The position numbers and the translations under genes were made by a program. This document shows positions 8,951-18,210 of a stretch of DNA of 64,000 nt, one piece after another. Below the pieces are notes generated by a model. The model searched no databases. It was not told the origin of the DNA and worked only from the letters and a program-made list of their open reading frames with translations. How positions within the stretch are numbered: the stretch's first letter is position 1; every line of letters starts with the position of its first letter. Source of the stretch: a virus; the IMG/VR virus record IMGVR_UViG_3300021365_000014, positions 2,379 to 66,378 of that record; one strand, 5' to 3'.

Positions 8951-10218
8951 CAGTCTAAAACCCTTTCATCTCTGCTTAATATTTTTTTTATATCCTGTTT
9001 TCGTATCTTATCAATGTTTTCTTGTCTCTGTTTTCCTTTTTTAGTTGGTGTGAAGGTTTCTCTGTTTTTTAAATTCTTTATGACCTCTATCAGTGATCGT
9101 TGTTTTCTTGTGGCCAGAGGTTCGATGTATGCAAGTGCTTCGTCAATTATGGTGTGTAGCAGTTTTTTGGGCAGTGCTAATGGACTTAAAATTTCATCAT
9201 TGCTAAAGGTAAACATGACTTTTGTTAATATCTCTGTGTCCAACTCCCTGCTCAAATCAAACATGTTTTTTAGTTCTAGTAACCCAGGCATTGTGATCGT
9301 ATAATCTAATCTCATCTCTCTGGCTGTTTTTGCCACTGCCATTCCTTCTTTGAAATTGCGTAACCACTGTTCATAGTTTAATCCGTCTCTGATATACTCT
9401 CCAACTTCTCCTGTACCATCTAATGATGAACATATTTGCCAATCCTGGAACTGTGGCAGTAAGTCAAACAGTTTGATTCCCTTGAATGATGTCCTACTTA
9501 GATTCGTGTTGTATCTCACATACACTTCTTTTGCGAATCCTAGTTCTATTATCCTCTGCATGGCCTTCCAATGCATGTCCCACATCAACGGTTCTCCGCC
9601 GCACCAGTATATTTCTTTTATCCTTTTTGTTTCTACTGCTTCAACGAACTCCTGTACAACCTGTGTGTCTTGGAACTTTATGATCTGTTCTCTCAAAGGT
9701 GACGCCATCCATGGTTGTGATTCTTTGCTCCATGTTTTGTTCTTTCTAGATTCTGCTTCCCAACTACTGCTTAACATGTCTCCACACATCCTACATTTGA
9801 AATTGCATAGGTTGTTGAACCTGTAATCAAAACTGATGGTTTGCATTGTGGTGGCGCCTGTTTCGTCCGTGCTGTCGTATGCTTCGTCCACCCTGTCCTT
9901 GAACAATTGATTCCAATATGATCTGTATACATCTGTGTTCAATAACTTGTGATCACACACTTGGCATTCCGGTAATTCTTCACCTGCCATCATACGCAGT
10001 CTAACAGATTTCATGTGATCTGAATTCCAGTGTTCTTTTAGTGTAAGAGGTTTGTATTCCTTAGCATCGTTGCCTGTGTCTATGTACTGCTTGAAACTCT
10101 GTGCAGGCTCTCTGGATGCACAACACAAGCGTCTCTCTGTCTGTGGTGACAGGTACGTGTGCGTCCACGGTGCCATGCAGAATGTTTTGTTGCCTTCGCT
10201 GGGTTTAATTCGCTTCAT
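8935..10218 (-). CDS. radical SAM protein with N-terminal twitch/SPASM-like module (paralog 4)
   Basis: CNFKCRMC, GGEPL, YNTNL, SLDG..EYIRDG; N-terminal CMAPW..LCC..CQVC. Confidence 0.92.
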   Translation of the reverse strand: MKRIKPSEGNKTFCMAPWTHTYLSPQTERRLCCASREPAQSFKQYIDTGNDAKEYKPLTLKEHWNSDHMKSVRLRMMAGEELPECQVCDHKLLNTDVYRSYWNQLFKDRVDEAYDSTDETGATTMQTISFDYRFNNLCNFKCRMCGDMLSSSWEAESRKNKTWSKESQPWMASPLREQIIKFQDTQVVQEFVEAVETKRIKEIYWCGGEPLMWDMHWKAMQRIIELGFAKEVYVRYNTNLSRTSFKGIKLFDLLPQFQDWQICSSLDGTGEVGEYIRDGLNYEQWLRNFKEGMAVAKTAREMRLDYTITMPGLLELKNMFDLSRELDTEILTKVMFTFSNDEILSPLALPKKLLHTIIDEALAYIEPLATRKQRSLIEVIKNLKNRETFTPTKKGKQRQENIDKIRKQDIKKILSRDERVLDWWTSI

Positions 10219-11488
10219 ACAATTCCTTCAATTCAGGAAATGTCTCGAGGATATTTTCGTCTCTGATCACGTCCATCTTTTTCATTGTGTCTTTGAACTG
10301 TTGTATGTCTTTGTTGTTGTCTCTCCTCATCATGTAATTAAGTCCAGATTCGAATCCTTTAGTTGCCCTGGTGAGATTGTCTAAAGGACGCAACCATTCG
10401 AGATGTTTCTCTATTTTTTCTTTGACTTTTTGTTTGTAAGACTCTGGTAAGAGATCTATTCTCTGTGCATACGGATATTGAAGTAGGTTAAAATTAAAGT
10501 CTTGTGGTTTGAGTAGGCCTTGTTCAACCCAATTTCTATGGAAGTCTGATATGTGCAGTGCATTAATAAGTCCAACCGTGCTTGATATGTAGAAATCCAC
10601 TTTGGGGCAAACTTCTAACATTCGTTTTCTGTTTGCAACAACATCTTCCCATACAGTGCCTTTACGCATGTACTCTCCCCTGGCTCCCTCTGCGTCTAAA
10701 CTTGCACCTATCGATACGGAATCAAACTTGTTCCATAACTCTAAGACATCAATGTCTTTATATTTTGTCCTCGTGAAGTTTGTGTTATAAATTAATCTCA
10801 CGTGATACATTTTACGCCTATCTAGTTCTTTCAATATCCTATAGTGTTCTTCCATGATTATCGGTTCGCCACCTGCGAAGTAGAACTGTTCAACGTGTTC
10901 GAACTGTTCCAACATTTGATCCCATATGTCATCACTGCTTCTACCCACCTTCATGATCTTTGCATGACTCGGCGGAGCACCTGTAAGTTTTTTATGATCC
11001 TCGTACCAGTTTGAACTGAACCATGTGCCACAACTCCTGCAGGCCAGGTTACACAGGTTACTGAATCTAATATCCCAATACTTTATAACGAAGTCTGCTG
11101 TGCCGTCAGGCTGTGTGTTTTCTATCATGCTTATGTTGTGTCCAAAGTGTTTGTTCGAACTAAGACGCAGACTGAAGAATCCTGATTGCTCTTGATCATA
11201 ACATTTTGTACAGTGTTTGCTTTTTTTATTAGACAACATGTTTTGTCTTATCTGTCGCATATCTTTGCCATTGAAAACCATCTCCATCGAATCCTTGTTC
11301 AGATCGCCTACAGGATATTTGTCTAATGCGAAACAGCAAGGATATGCCCTGCCATCTGGAAATGCATGTATGTGCAACCAAGGCATCATGCAGAATGATT
11401 CACTGTCTAGCAACAACTCCTTCTCTTTAGGCGTCATGTCTTTGATCTTTAATTTCTCAGGCTCTTTCGCCCCGTACTCATATGCCAC
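10205..11488 (-). CDS. radical SAM protein with N-terminal twitch/SPASM-like module (paralog 3)
   Basis: CNLACRSC, FAGGEP, YNTNF, SLDA..EYMR; N-terminal CMMPW..PCC..CTKC. Confidence 0.92.
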   Translation of the reverse strand: MAYEYGAKEPEKLKIKDMTPKEKELLLDSESFCMMPWLHIHAFPDGRAYPCCFALDKYPVGDLNKDSMEMVFNGKDMRQIRQNMLSNKKSKHCTKCYDQEQSGFFSLRLSSNKHFGHNISMIENTQPDGTADFVIKYWDIRFSNLCNLACRSCGTWFSSNWYEDHKKLTGAPPSHAKIMKVGRSSDDIWDQMLEQFEHVEQFYFAGGEPIIMEEHYRILKELDRRKMYHVRLIYNTNFTRTKYKDIDVLELWNKFDSVSIGASLDAEGARGEYMRKGTVWEDVVANRKRMLEVCPKVDFYISSTVGLINALHISDFHRNWVEQGLLKPQDFNFNLLQYPYAQRIDLLPESYKQKVKEKIEKHLEWLRPLDNLTRATKGFESGLNYMMRRDNNKDIQQFKDTMKKMDVIRDENILETFPELKELYEAN

Positions 11489-12821
11489 GGTACCATTCTC
11501 CTATAATTGGGAAAGTCTTCTCGAAGTTCTTTCCTGATCGTTTGTCGTATTGACTGTAAAATGCTTTGAAGTCTTGCTGTAGTTTACTCTGCTCGGCCGC
11601 ACCCGAATGTGGTGTTTTGACAACATCCAAGTAATCTATAAGTCTCTGTGTTTGATTGATTTCCATGCCCTCTAACCATTTACTATTACTAGTTAAGAAC
11701 TTTACCAAGTCTCCTTTAAATTTATTTCTTAGGTCGTCTGGTAGTACAAGTGGTGATTGGAAACTTGGAAACCTCAATATGTTAAGCGTGAAGTTGACCT
11801 CCGGTCCGTACACTTTACTTGCACTCTTGAACCATACCATTTTCTCCAACAGTTGAGGCAATGACTCCAAACACAGTGCATTTATGGTACACATGTTATG
11901 GATCGCACGTGGAACTTTGTCCACCATCATGTGCAAGAAATTACTATGCCAATCTCCGTACACCAATCCGTCTCTGATGTATTCGGCTTGTCCAAACGTT
12001 GCTTCACAACTTGTGTACAGTTCAAATTTGTCAAACTTCTTTAGTTTTGTTTTGAGTCTGTCAATAATGCTCTGCTTTGCACCCAGGTTACTGTTGATTG
12101 CAAGTGTCATGTCAGGATTCATTTTGTCGCCCTGTGTCTCTATCCAGTCCAACAGTCTCCATAGGTTGGGGGACATCATTGGCTCTCCGCCTGTTATCCT
12201 CAGTTCATCAAGGCTCTTGTGTAGGTCTGTCTCCCACCATTTGTAGAATGCTTCAACGTAGGGATTGGTTTCGTCTTTTTTGTATGGCTCTGCACTTTCA
12301 TGACTGTGAGTGAAGTGATTACGTCCATCGGTTTTCATATCTGTGTATGGTCCTTGCCTCTTTATGTTGTTTGCCCACGTGGAACTGAATGCAGGATTAC
12401 AATATGTACAAGCAAAGTTACAGGTCCTGTCAAATGCTATTTCTAAAGTTTTTAAATTTACATCGGTGTTTGGGTCTGCCTTGTGTGCTTCATCTAATGA
12501 TTCATTTGAGAATATCTTGGATTTGTACACCCTGTCACTGATATTATCTCTGTTGATATCCTCTATCTTCCAGCAGTATTCACACCCTTTTGGTCTGTCG
12601 CCACACTGCATTTGTTTACGTTCCTGTTTCTTTTGTACTGTGTTGTGTATCGCACTTGGGTTTGTTTTGATTGCCTCTAGATCAATCTTGTGTGGAAGTG
12701 GATGGTGACAACTTGTGGTCATACCACTGCCCAACCATATAGTAGCATTGTACCACTTGGCTCCACAGAAACTTGCACTCTTTGGATCCAGTATTTGTTT
12801 TTTATATTCTAAATCATTCAT
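11478..12821 (-). CDS. radical SAM protein (paralog 2)
   Basis: CNFACTYC, ITGGEP, AEYIRDG; N-terminal CGAKW..SCHHP..CEYCW. Start placed at ATG 12821 (ATGA overlap). Confidence 0.92.
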   Translation of the reverse strand: MNDLEYKKQILDPKSASFCGAKWYNATIWLGSGMTTSCHHPLPHKIDLEAIKTNPSAIHNTVQKKQERKQMQCGDRPKGCEYCWKIEDINRDNISDRVYKSKIFSNESLDEAHKADPNTDVNLKTLEIAFDRTCNFACTYCNPAFSSTWANNIKRQGPYTDMKTDGRNHFTHSHESAEPYKKDETNPYVEAFYKWWETDLHKSLDELRITGGEPMMSPNLWRLLDWIETQGDKMNPDMTLAINSNLGAKQSIIDRLKTKLKKFDKFELYTSCEATFGQAEYIRDGLVYGDWHSNFLHMMVDKVPRAIHNMCTINALCLESLPQLLEKMVWFKSASKVYGPEVNFTLNILRFPSFQSPLVLPDDLRNKFKGDLVKFLTSNSKWLEGMEINQTQRLIDYLDVVKTPHSGAAEQSKLQQDFKAFYSQYDKRSGKNFEKTFPIIGEWYRGI

Positions 12822-14188
12822 GCGTTCATACACTCCTTCCAAAATTCTTCCATCTCAGGGAAGGTGTTAAGAAACCTTGTGAGACGTCTGCGATCGTGTT
12901 CGTTAAAAAAGGCGTAAAAGTTTTTTTTGTTTTGCGTACTTGCGTCCGCGTTTTCGCGCCAGTATGCGAGATTCCTCTGCATCTTCTGGATCTCGAAGTC
13001 CTTGAATATGTGTAGCCCGTTCGACTCTCCGGAGTTGGCCTGCATGTACTTGATGTTGTCCTCGTGTATTGATTGGTACGACTCGGGCAACATCGTTATC
13101 TGTTGCCATGCGGGTTGTCTCAGCAGTGGCACGTCAAACCACACACGCTGGTAGGTTTTCGAATACTTGGTTCTCAGTTCCAAGATCTTCTCTAACAGTT
13201 TGTCCATGCTTGTAATACTCAAATTGTTGTACGTGCATATGAAAGTGATTGAATTACGACCAGGTATCCTGTCCAAGAACTCCTCCACGTTGTCCATCAT
13301 GTAGGTGAAGTCCAGGCCGTCACGTATGTACTCAGCACGTTTGCCGAATGCGTCCACGCTCACAAACTGCATCATGTGTTCGACCTTCTCCTGCATACAT
13401 ATCTCCTGTGCCATGTTGAAATATTTCTCCTTCAGTTTCTTGTCCGGAGGACACATGTTGCTGGTCACGTTGAGGTGCAGGTCATCCTTGGGATTGTCTA
13501 TTATGTACTGAAACACCTTGTAGGTATTCACGTCCATCATGGGTTCACCACCGGTCATACGGAAGTGTTTGAGATTCTTGTACAGCGTTGGCCACCATTT
13601 CCAGAACGCGGTCACGTAAGGGTTCTCCTCCCTGTTGGGTATGGGCCTCCTTCGACCTTGGAAGTGTTCTGGTGCGTTGTGGGGAGGGGTGGTAGGATAT
13701 TCGCCGTATCTGTCCACCTCCTTGGCCCACGTGGTCGAGAACTGAGGTGAACAATAACTGCACTTGAAGTTACAAGCGTTGTTGAAGTTCACCTCAACAT
13801 ATCTCGGCGTCCAACTTGTGCTCATTGGATTCTTCCTGATCTGCTCGAAGTCCTGCATGGCCCATGGTTCACCTGAACGATAATGCCTGTCTGACATTTC
13901 GCCCGTGTCCTCCAGTTTCCAGCAGTAAGAACATCCTCCTGGACGTTCACCTTTAAGCATTTTGGATCTTTGATCTAGTTTCTCTGCGGTGTTGTGCAGT
14001 GCCGCGGGATTGGATTTGACTTGGTCAGCGTCTATCTCATGCAGTGGCGGATGGTAGCAACTGTTGGTCAATCCAGTTGGCAGGTGCAGTGAAGTCTGGT
14101 TCCACTTGGCCAGGCACATTGTTGGCGAAACTTCCTGTAGTTTATCCTTGGCCTTCAGTGCGTCTGACTTGTAATCACTTGTACTCAC
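12818..14188 (-). CDS. radical SAM protein (paralog 1)
   Basis: CNFKCSYC, MTGGEP, SVDA..AEYIRDG; N-terminal CLAKW..SCYHP..CSYCW. Start likely GTG at 14188, overlapping the upstream gene's end. Confidence 0.9.
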   Translation of the reverse strand: MSTSDYKSDALKAKDKLQEVSPTMCLAKWNQTSLHLPTGLTNSCYHPPLHEIDADQVKSNPAALHNTAEKLDQRSKMLKGERPGGCSYCWKLEDTGEMSDRHYRSGEPWAMQDFEQIRKNPMSTSWTPRYVEVNFNNACNFKCSYCSPQFSTTWAKEVDRYGEYPTTPPHNAPEHFQGRRRPIPNREENPYVTAFWKWWPTLYKNLKHFRMTGGEPMMDVNTYKVFQYIIDNPKDDLHLNVTSNMCPPDKKLKEKYFNMAQEICMQEKVEHMMQFVSVDAFGKRAEYIRDGLDFTYMMDNVEEFLDRIPGRNSITFICTYNNLSITSMDKLLEKILELRTKYSKTYQRVWFDVPLLRQPAWQQITMLPESYQSIHEDNIKYMQANSGESNGLHIFKDFEIQKMQRNLAYWRENADASTQNKKNFYAFFNEHDRRRLTRFLNTFPEMEEFWKECMNA

Positions 14189-15074
14189 GATCTTGCACTC
14201 CTTTGTTCCTGTGTATTGGCATGACAAACCTGTAGAACCTGCTGTCTTCTTCAGTGAACTCCGCAATAGGTATGTCCAATTGTTGTCTCAGACTGTTACC
14301 GTACATCACAAGTTCGTCATCAATATCGCTTTGTGCTATCTGGTTGTAGTACACCTCCATGCTGTCCAAGTCTCGCACTTTGTAAAGTTCATTGTTTGGT
14401 TCAAGCACTGTGTAGAAGCAACCCATCCTAGAGCCAAGCATGGCATATTTGCCATTCTCGATGTCTGCACCTATCGTACACCATGTGCTCAGAATGTTGA
14501 GGTTGTTCTTCCATATCTGTTTTGAATAATTCTTGGCTGTGATAGGCTTTCCTTTCTCGGTGCTCATCTTCACGCCTTCTCGGTAGCCTGCCACGAATGC
14601 CTGTTGTGGTGTTGCATTGATTACAGTCGTTGAATAACAGTTATGGAGGTTCTCGTGCGGCACTCCCCAGCAGAAGTCTATTTGGTTCTCCTCTGTTTCA
14701 GCATTTTCGTGTGTCTTCATTGACTTGCAGGTTTGCTTGTCCCATCCAACTATGCCACCGTTGCCGTAAACGAGTCCGTTTATGCTGTTCTTTGCCCTCC
14801 ATCTATGTACGGCCTTCCTGTCAGTCTTGTCCCAGGCAAGTGTCTCCAAAAGGAATTTCTCATCTATAATGTTGTCTCCGTCGACACTGATGAAGAAATC
14901 CGTTTCTGCTATGTCGGCCGCGGCCTTGTGTGCGTTGTCAAAACCCACCACTCCGTCAACACGCTTGGCCCATGGCACCTTGTTCTTTAGATCGGCCCAG
15001 TTTTCTTCTTTGTTTGGCTCCTTAAATGAAATGTATACGAAGTCGAGATCGCTTATTCTTGTTCCATTAGCCAT
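14175..15074 (-). CDS. GT-A fold glycosyltransferase-like protein
   Basis: AHKAAA...FFISVDGDN DxD motif in a GT2-like context. Confidence 0.65.
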   Translation of the reverse strand: MANGTRISDLDFVYISFKEPNKEENWADLKNKVPWAKRVDGVVGFDNAHKAAADIAETDFFISVDGDNIIDEKFLLETLAWDKTDRKAVHRWRAKNSINGLVYGNGGIVGWDKQTCKSMKTHENAETEENQIDFCWGVPHENLHNCYSTTVINATPQQAFVAGYREGVKMSTEKGKPITAKNYSKQIWKNNLNILSTWCTIGADIENGKYAMLGSRMGCFYTVLEPNNELYKVRDLDSMEVYYNQIAQSDIDDELVMYGNSLRQQLDIPIAEFTEEDSRFYRFVMPIHRNKGVQDREYK

Positions 15075-15355
15075 GCTTTGCCTCCCTCCACTATACCTGT
15101 GGGCCAGTGTATGTCGTCGTCCTGGAATACGTATCCTTTTTGTGTTTCCTTCAAGATTCTGTACTGCGTATTTGCCTTTGGTTTTGGTTTTAAAACTATC
15201 TCACTATCCTTGATCATTAGATTTTCTTCACCGTGCTGTTGTGCCCACTTTTTTTTCTCTAGGGTAACTTCGTGTTTTTCACCAGCAACAGTGATGTAGA
15301 ATTTTTTTTCAGGTCTACGTGGTGTCTTTGCTAACGCTTCAAATAATCCTGGCAT
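15053..15355 (-). CDS. hypothetical protein
   Basis: In-operon ORF; likely start MPGLFEAL at 15355. Confidence 0.65.
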   Translation of the reverse strand: MPGLFEALAKTPRRPEKKFYITVAGEKHEVTLEKKKWAQQHGEENLMIKDSEIVLKPKPKANTQYRILKETQKGYVFQDDDIHWPTGIVEGGKAWLMEQE

Positions 15356-16133
15356 GTAACTCCTTGTCGTGGTAGTGCCACACTCGATCAACACGTGTCT
15401 CACCTATGTACACCGCGTCTCCGGACTTGTTGGGGTAAAGATAATTGTTCTGATCCATGGCTCTCATTGTGTTATTCACTCCTGGCTTGTGATGTATAAA
15501 TTTAAACCATTCATAGTCGATCAAATCTTTCGCTGTTGGATCCATTATCCTGTAAGCAAGAGCAAACACAACATCTGTGCTAGGATATTTGTCATGACAG
15601 TCTATCAACATACTTGTCTTTACCTGGGTCCAATTTTTTACTATGTGTTTTGCGATTTCATAAAAGTTCTGTGCCTTTTTGCTCCTACGGAAATACATCA
15701 ATCCGTTGTAGATGTTGGGCAAGTGATTTCTCTCGAACAGTTTCCTGTATGGGGTATGTTTAATCACGTTACCTCGATAATCAAAGCAGTCAACACTGAA
15801 TAACAAATCGTGTTGCCACAAGTGATACCACCACCAATCTGTGTTGGTTGTCCATAACATGTCCGCTTCAAGTTTGATTGTGTGAGTGAAAGGGGAGATC
15901 TGGAACGCCTTGTGCTCGTTTGCCCACTTGATGTCATGTGCCGCACTGTCGTCTTGCCTCACCACTTTCACAACATCCACGTGTTCACTGTCGAACTTAC
16001 TTTTCTCATCTGTGATCACGCATATCTTGTTGTGCTTGTTCCAACGTTTTATGCTCTTTGCTAGAGTAATGGACAGTTCAACGTAGTCAGTCTTGTCATT
16101 GTTTTGTGCAAACCACAGAAATCCCCTAGACAT
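15339..16133 (-). CDS. GT-A (GT8/nucleotide-diphospho-sugar transferase-like) protein
   Basis: MSRGFLWFA..Y..LAKSIK..ITD; SPFTHTIKLEADM (DxD variant); paralog of the next gene. Confidence 0.6.
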   Translation of the reverse strand: MSRGFLWFAQNNDKTDYVELSITLAKSIKRWNKHNKICVITDEKSKFDSEHVDVVKVVRQDDSAAHDIKWANEHKAFQISPFTHTIKLEADMLWTTNTDWWWYHLWQHDLLFSVDCFDYRGNVIKHTPYRKLFERNHLPNIYNGLMYFRRSKKAQNFYEIAKHIVKNWTQVKTSMLIDCHDKYPSTDVVFALAYRIMDPTAKDLIDYEWFKFIHHKPGVNNTMRAMDQNNYLYPNKSGDAVYIGETRVDRVWHYHDKELHARII

Positions 16134-16878
16134 TGAATATCTCCTTATTAAGGACATGCACATCTTGATTTTCCACCCATGATATCTGATCATTGTATTT
16201 CCATGCGATACCTTCGTTGGTCATGTCAATCACTTCACAGTCTGGCGGCAGTGTCGGTAGTGCGAACGGCATCTTTTCATATCCAACAAATCCGTTTATC
16301 TGTTGCAGTGCCATTGCGAACAGATAATCATTACGTAGGTTCTTGGCATATATCCTGTACATCTCGTTGAAGTAAGAGTAGTTCTTCTTGATGTATTTTA
16401 CTGTGTCAAATATCTTCCTTACTTTTTCGTTTTTCTTAAACAGTAGCACAGTCGCCCACACCATGGGTATCATGCTCCACCTCCTGTGGTCGAACGTGTT
16501 CCTGCCTGTAAGATCATATGCTGTGTCTGGTACCAGGAAATCATATTCTGTGTCAAAGAGCTCTAACAAGTTATCCGTAAAACAGAAGTAGTCGATGTCC
16601 ATCACAAGTGTTTTGTCATAGGGAGAAAGTTCGTATGCAAGATGCCTGTCCACATTGTTCCAAGATTTTCCTAGTTTAGTGTTACCTAGTTCGGGTTCAA
16701 TAAATTTGTAATTTATTAAGCCTAATGGTTTGATTTTATTGAAAGTTTCAAAGTTAGTGACCACTGTGATTTCTACTTTGAGATTTTTCTTTACTAGGGC
16801 CACACACCTCTCCAGTATCTTGTGATACCGTGTGTGTTCAGTGTCAAAACAGAAAAGCAATACACCCCTGGACATCAT
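16126..16878 (-). CDS. GT-A (GT8-like) glycosyltransferase-like protein
   Basis: MSRGVLLF; SPYDKTLVMDIDY DxD motif; RNDY.F.MAL. Confidence 0.65.
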   Translation of the reverse strand: MMSRGVLLFCFDTEHTRYHKILERCVALVKKNLKVEITVVTNFETFNKIKPLGLINYKFIEPELGNTKLGKSWNNVDRHLAYELSPYDKTLVMDIDYFCFTDNLLELFDTEYDFLVPDTAYDLTGRNTFDHRRWSMIPMVWATVLLFKKNEKVRKIFDTVKYIKKNYSYFNEMYRIYAKNLRNDYLFAMALQQINGFVGYEKMPFALPTLPPDCEVIDMTNEGIAWKYNDQISWVENQDVHVLNKEIFNV

Positions 16879-17207
16879 GCGTCCTTTTTGGTGAATGTCT
16901 TGTATATCTGATGGTATGCGTTCAGGCTCTCTTGATTGCGTTCCACTAGGATCGATAGGAATTTCGCCGGGTCAGTGATCTCAACCGGATTGTTGTTTGT
17001 GTCCAACAAGTAGAAACTGTCCTGTGATTCCTTCAAGGTCCTCACCAGGCAGATCGTTGTGGGATCCGCACGGAAAAGATTCCCGTTATAGGCCAAAACC
17101 TGTCGTGAGTGTGCCTTCTCCAGAGCGTTGCGTTTGGCGACCGCTATGTCGTAAGATAGATCTGATTGTCGTTTGAGTTCGCGAATATCCATACCACAAT
17201 TATACAA
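16875..17207 (-). CDS. hypothetical protein
   Basis: 110-aa ORF heading the modification operon; LLDTNNNPVEI. Confidence 0.7.
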   Translation of the reverse strand: MYNCGMDIRELKRQSDLSYDIAVAKRNALEKAHSRQVLAYNGNLFRADPTTICLVRTLKESQDSFYLLDTNNNPVEITDPAKFLSILVERNQESLNAYHQIYKTFTKKDA

Positions 17208-17240
17208 TAATTATGGTGGAGAATCAACCTGGTAAAATTA

Positions 17241-18206
17241 TTATGTTGTAGTACCGTTGGCGTTGCCTTCGTTGCCTACCGAAGCGTGTGTGGGTGATGT
17301 CGTCAATCCCTCGTTGGTGTTTGGTGTTATCGCGAAAATGTTTGTAACCATCTTAGGAGTGTTTTTGATGTCCACCGCGATACCGCTTGTGTTTCCAGAG
17401 TCAAACTGGGTGTCATTGGCACCGTCTGTTGCCACCATCTTGATGACCAAGGTCACAGCACTTCCTACCGCCGCGTTAAGTTTGGCGAAAAGCTCAATGT
17501 TGTTGTCAGTGTAGTTCGCGTTGTCTGTAGTCAATTTGATCAAGGACGTGTAACTTGTTCCTAGGTCATGGAAACCATTAGCAAGACCGCTTGTTGTCAA
17601 ACTCTCACCTGAACCTGATCTTGTTGTTGCGTGTGCACCGATGTCGATGTTGCCCAGTGCCGCGCCTAGGTCTATGTAGGCCTGGTCTTTTGGACTGGTT
17701 GAGGACTGTGTGGTGCTGGTCACTATCCTGACCTTGCCGCCTGCGTTGAAGAAGTGTCTCATCCTGTCCGCAGTTGCCCACGTGATACTGTGTTCATGAG
17801 TGGCCGTGCTGTCCCAACCCTCTGATGCAGTGGTGATGGTCTGTAATGATGATGATGTTGTCAATGCCGTGGCGTTTGTTGAACCAGCCGCTACCGCCGC
17901 CGCCAAGTTGGCCAGGTCTGAGATCAATGCTGATCTTATGGCAATGGTGTCTCCCGCTGAAACTGATGATGATGTTATAGATGTGTTTGTATGGTTGGCA
18001 ATGTTGTCTAGTCCTGTGAATAGACTGTTCCAACTTGATGCCGCGACAGTGTCACCTGCCGAAACCGTTGCTATTGCTGATTCTCCCAGTCCGTATATCG
18101 TAGAGCCTGTGCCCGCGAAGTGATTGAATCCGAATGGATCTGAACTATTGTTTACGAATGCGTTGTATTCGTCATCTAAAATTGTATCACCTGCACTATA
18201 TGCCAT
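17241..18206 (-). CDS. virion structural protein (tail fibre/collar-associated)
   Basis: Ser/Thr/Ala-rich, MAY start like its neighbours, RHFFNAGG motif, located in the tail module. Confidence 0.65.
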   Translation of the reverse strand: MAYSAGDTILDDEYNAFVNNSSDPFGFNHFAGTGSTIYGLGESAIATVSAGDTVAASSWNSLFTGLDNIANHTNTSITSSSVSAGDTIAIRSALISDLANLAAAVAAGSTNATALTTSSSLQTITTASEGWDSTATHEHSITWATADRMRHFFNAGGKVRIVTSTTQSSTSPKDQAYIDLGAALGNIDIGAHATTRSGSGESLTTSGLANGFHDLGTSYTSLIKLTTDNANYTDNNIELFAKLNAAVGSAVTLVIKMVATDGANDTQFDSGNTSGIAVDIKNTPKMVTNIFAITPNTNEGLTTSPTHASVGNEGNANGTTT

Positions 18207-18210
18207 ATTG

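Noticed and set aside
548-16878. Bacterial LPS/capsule locus or chimeric host contig
   Set aside because: No flippase, polymerase or transporter genes; the cluster is continuous and co-oriented with the phage structural genes.
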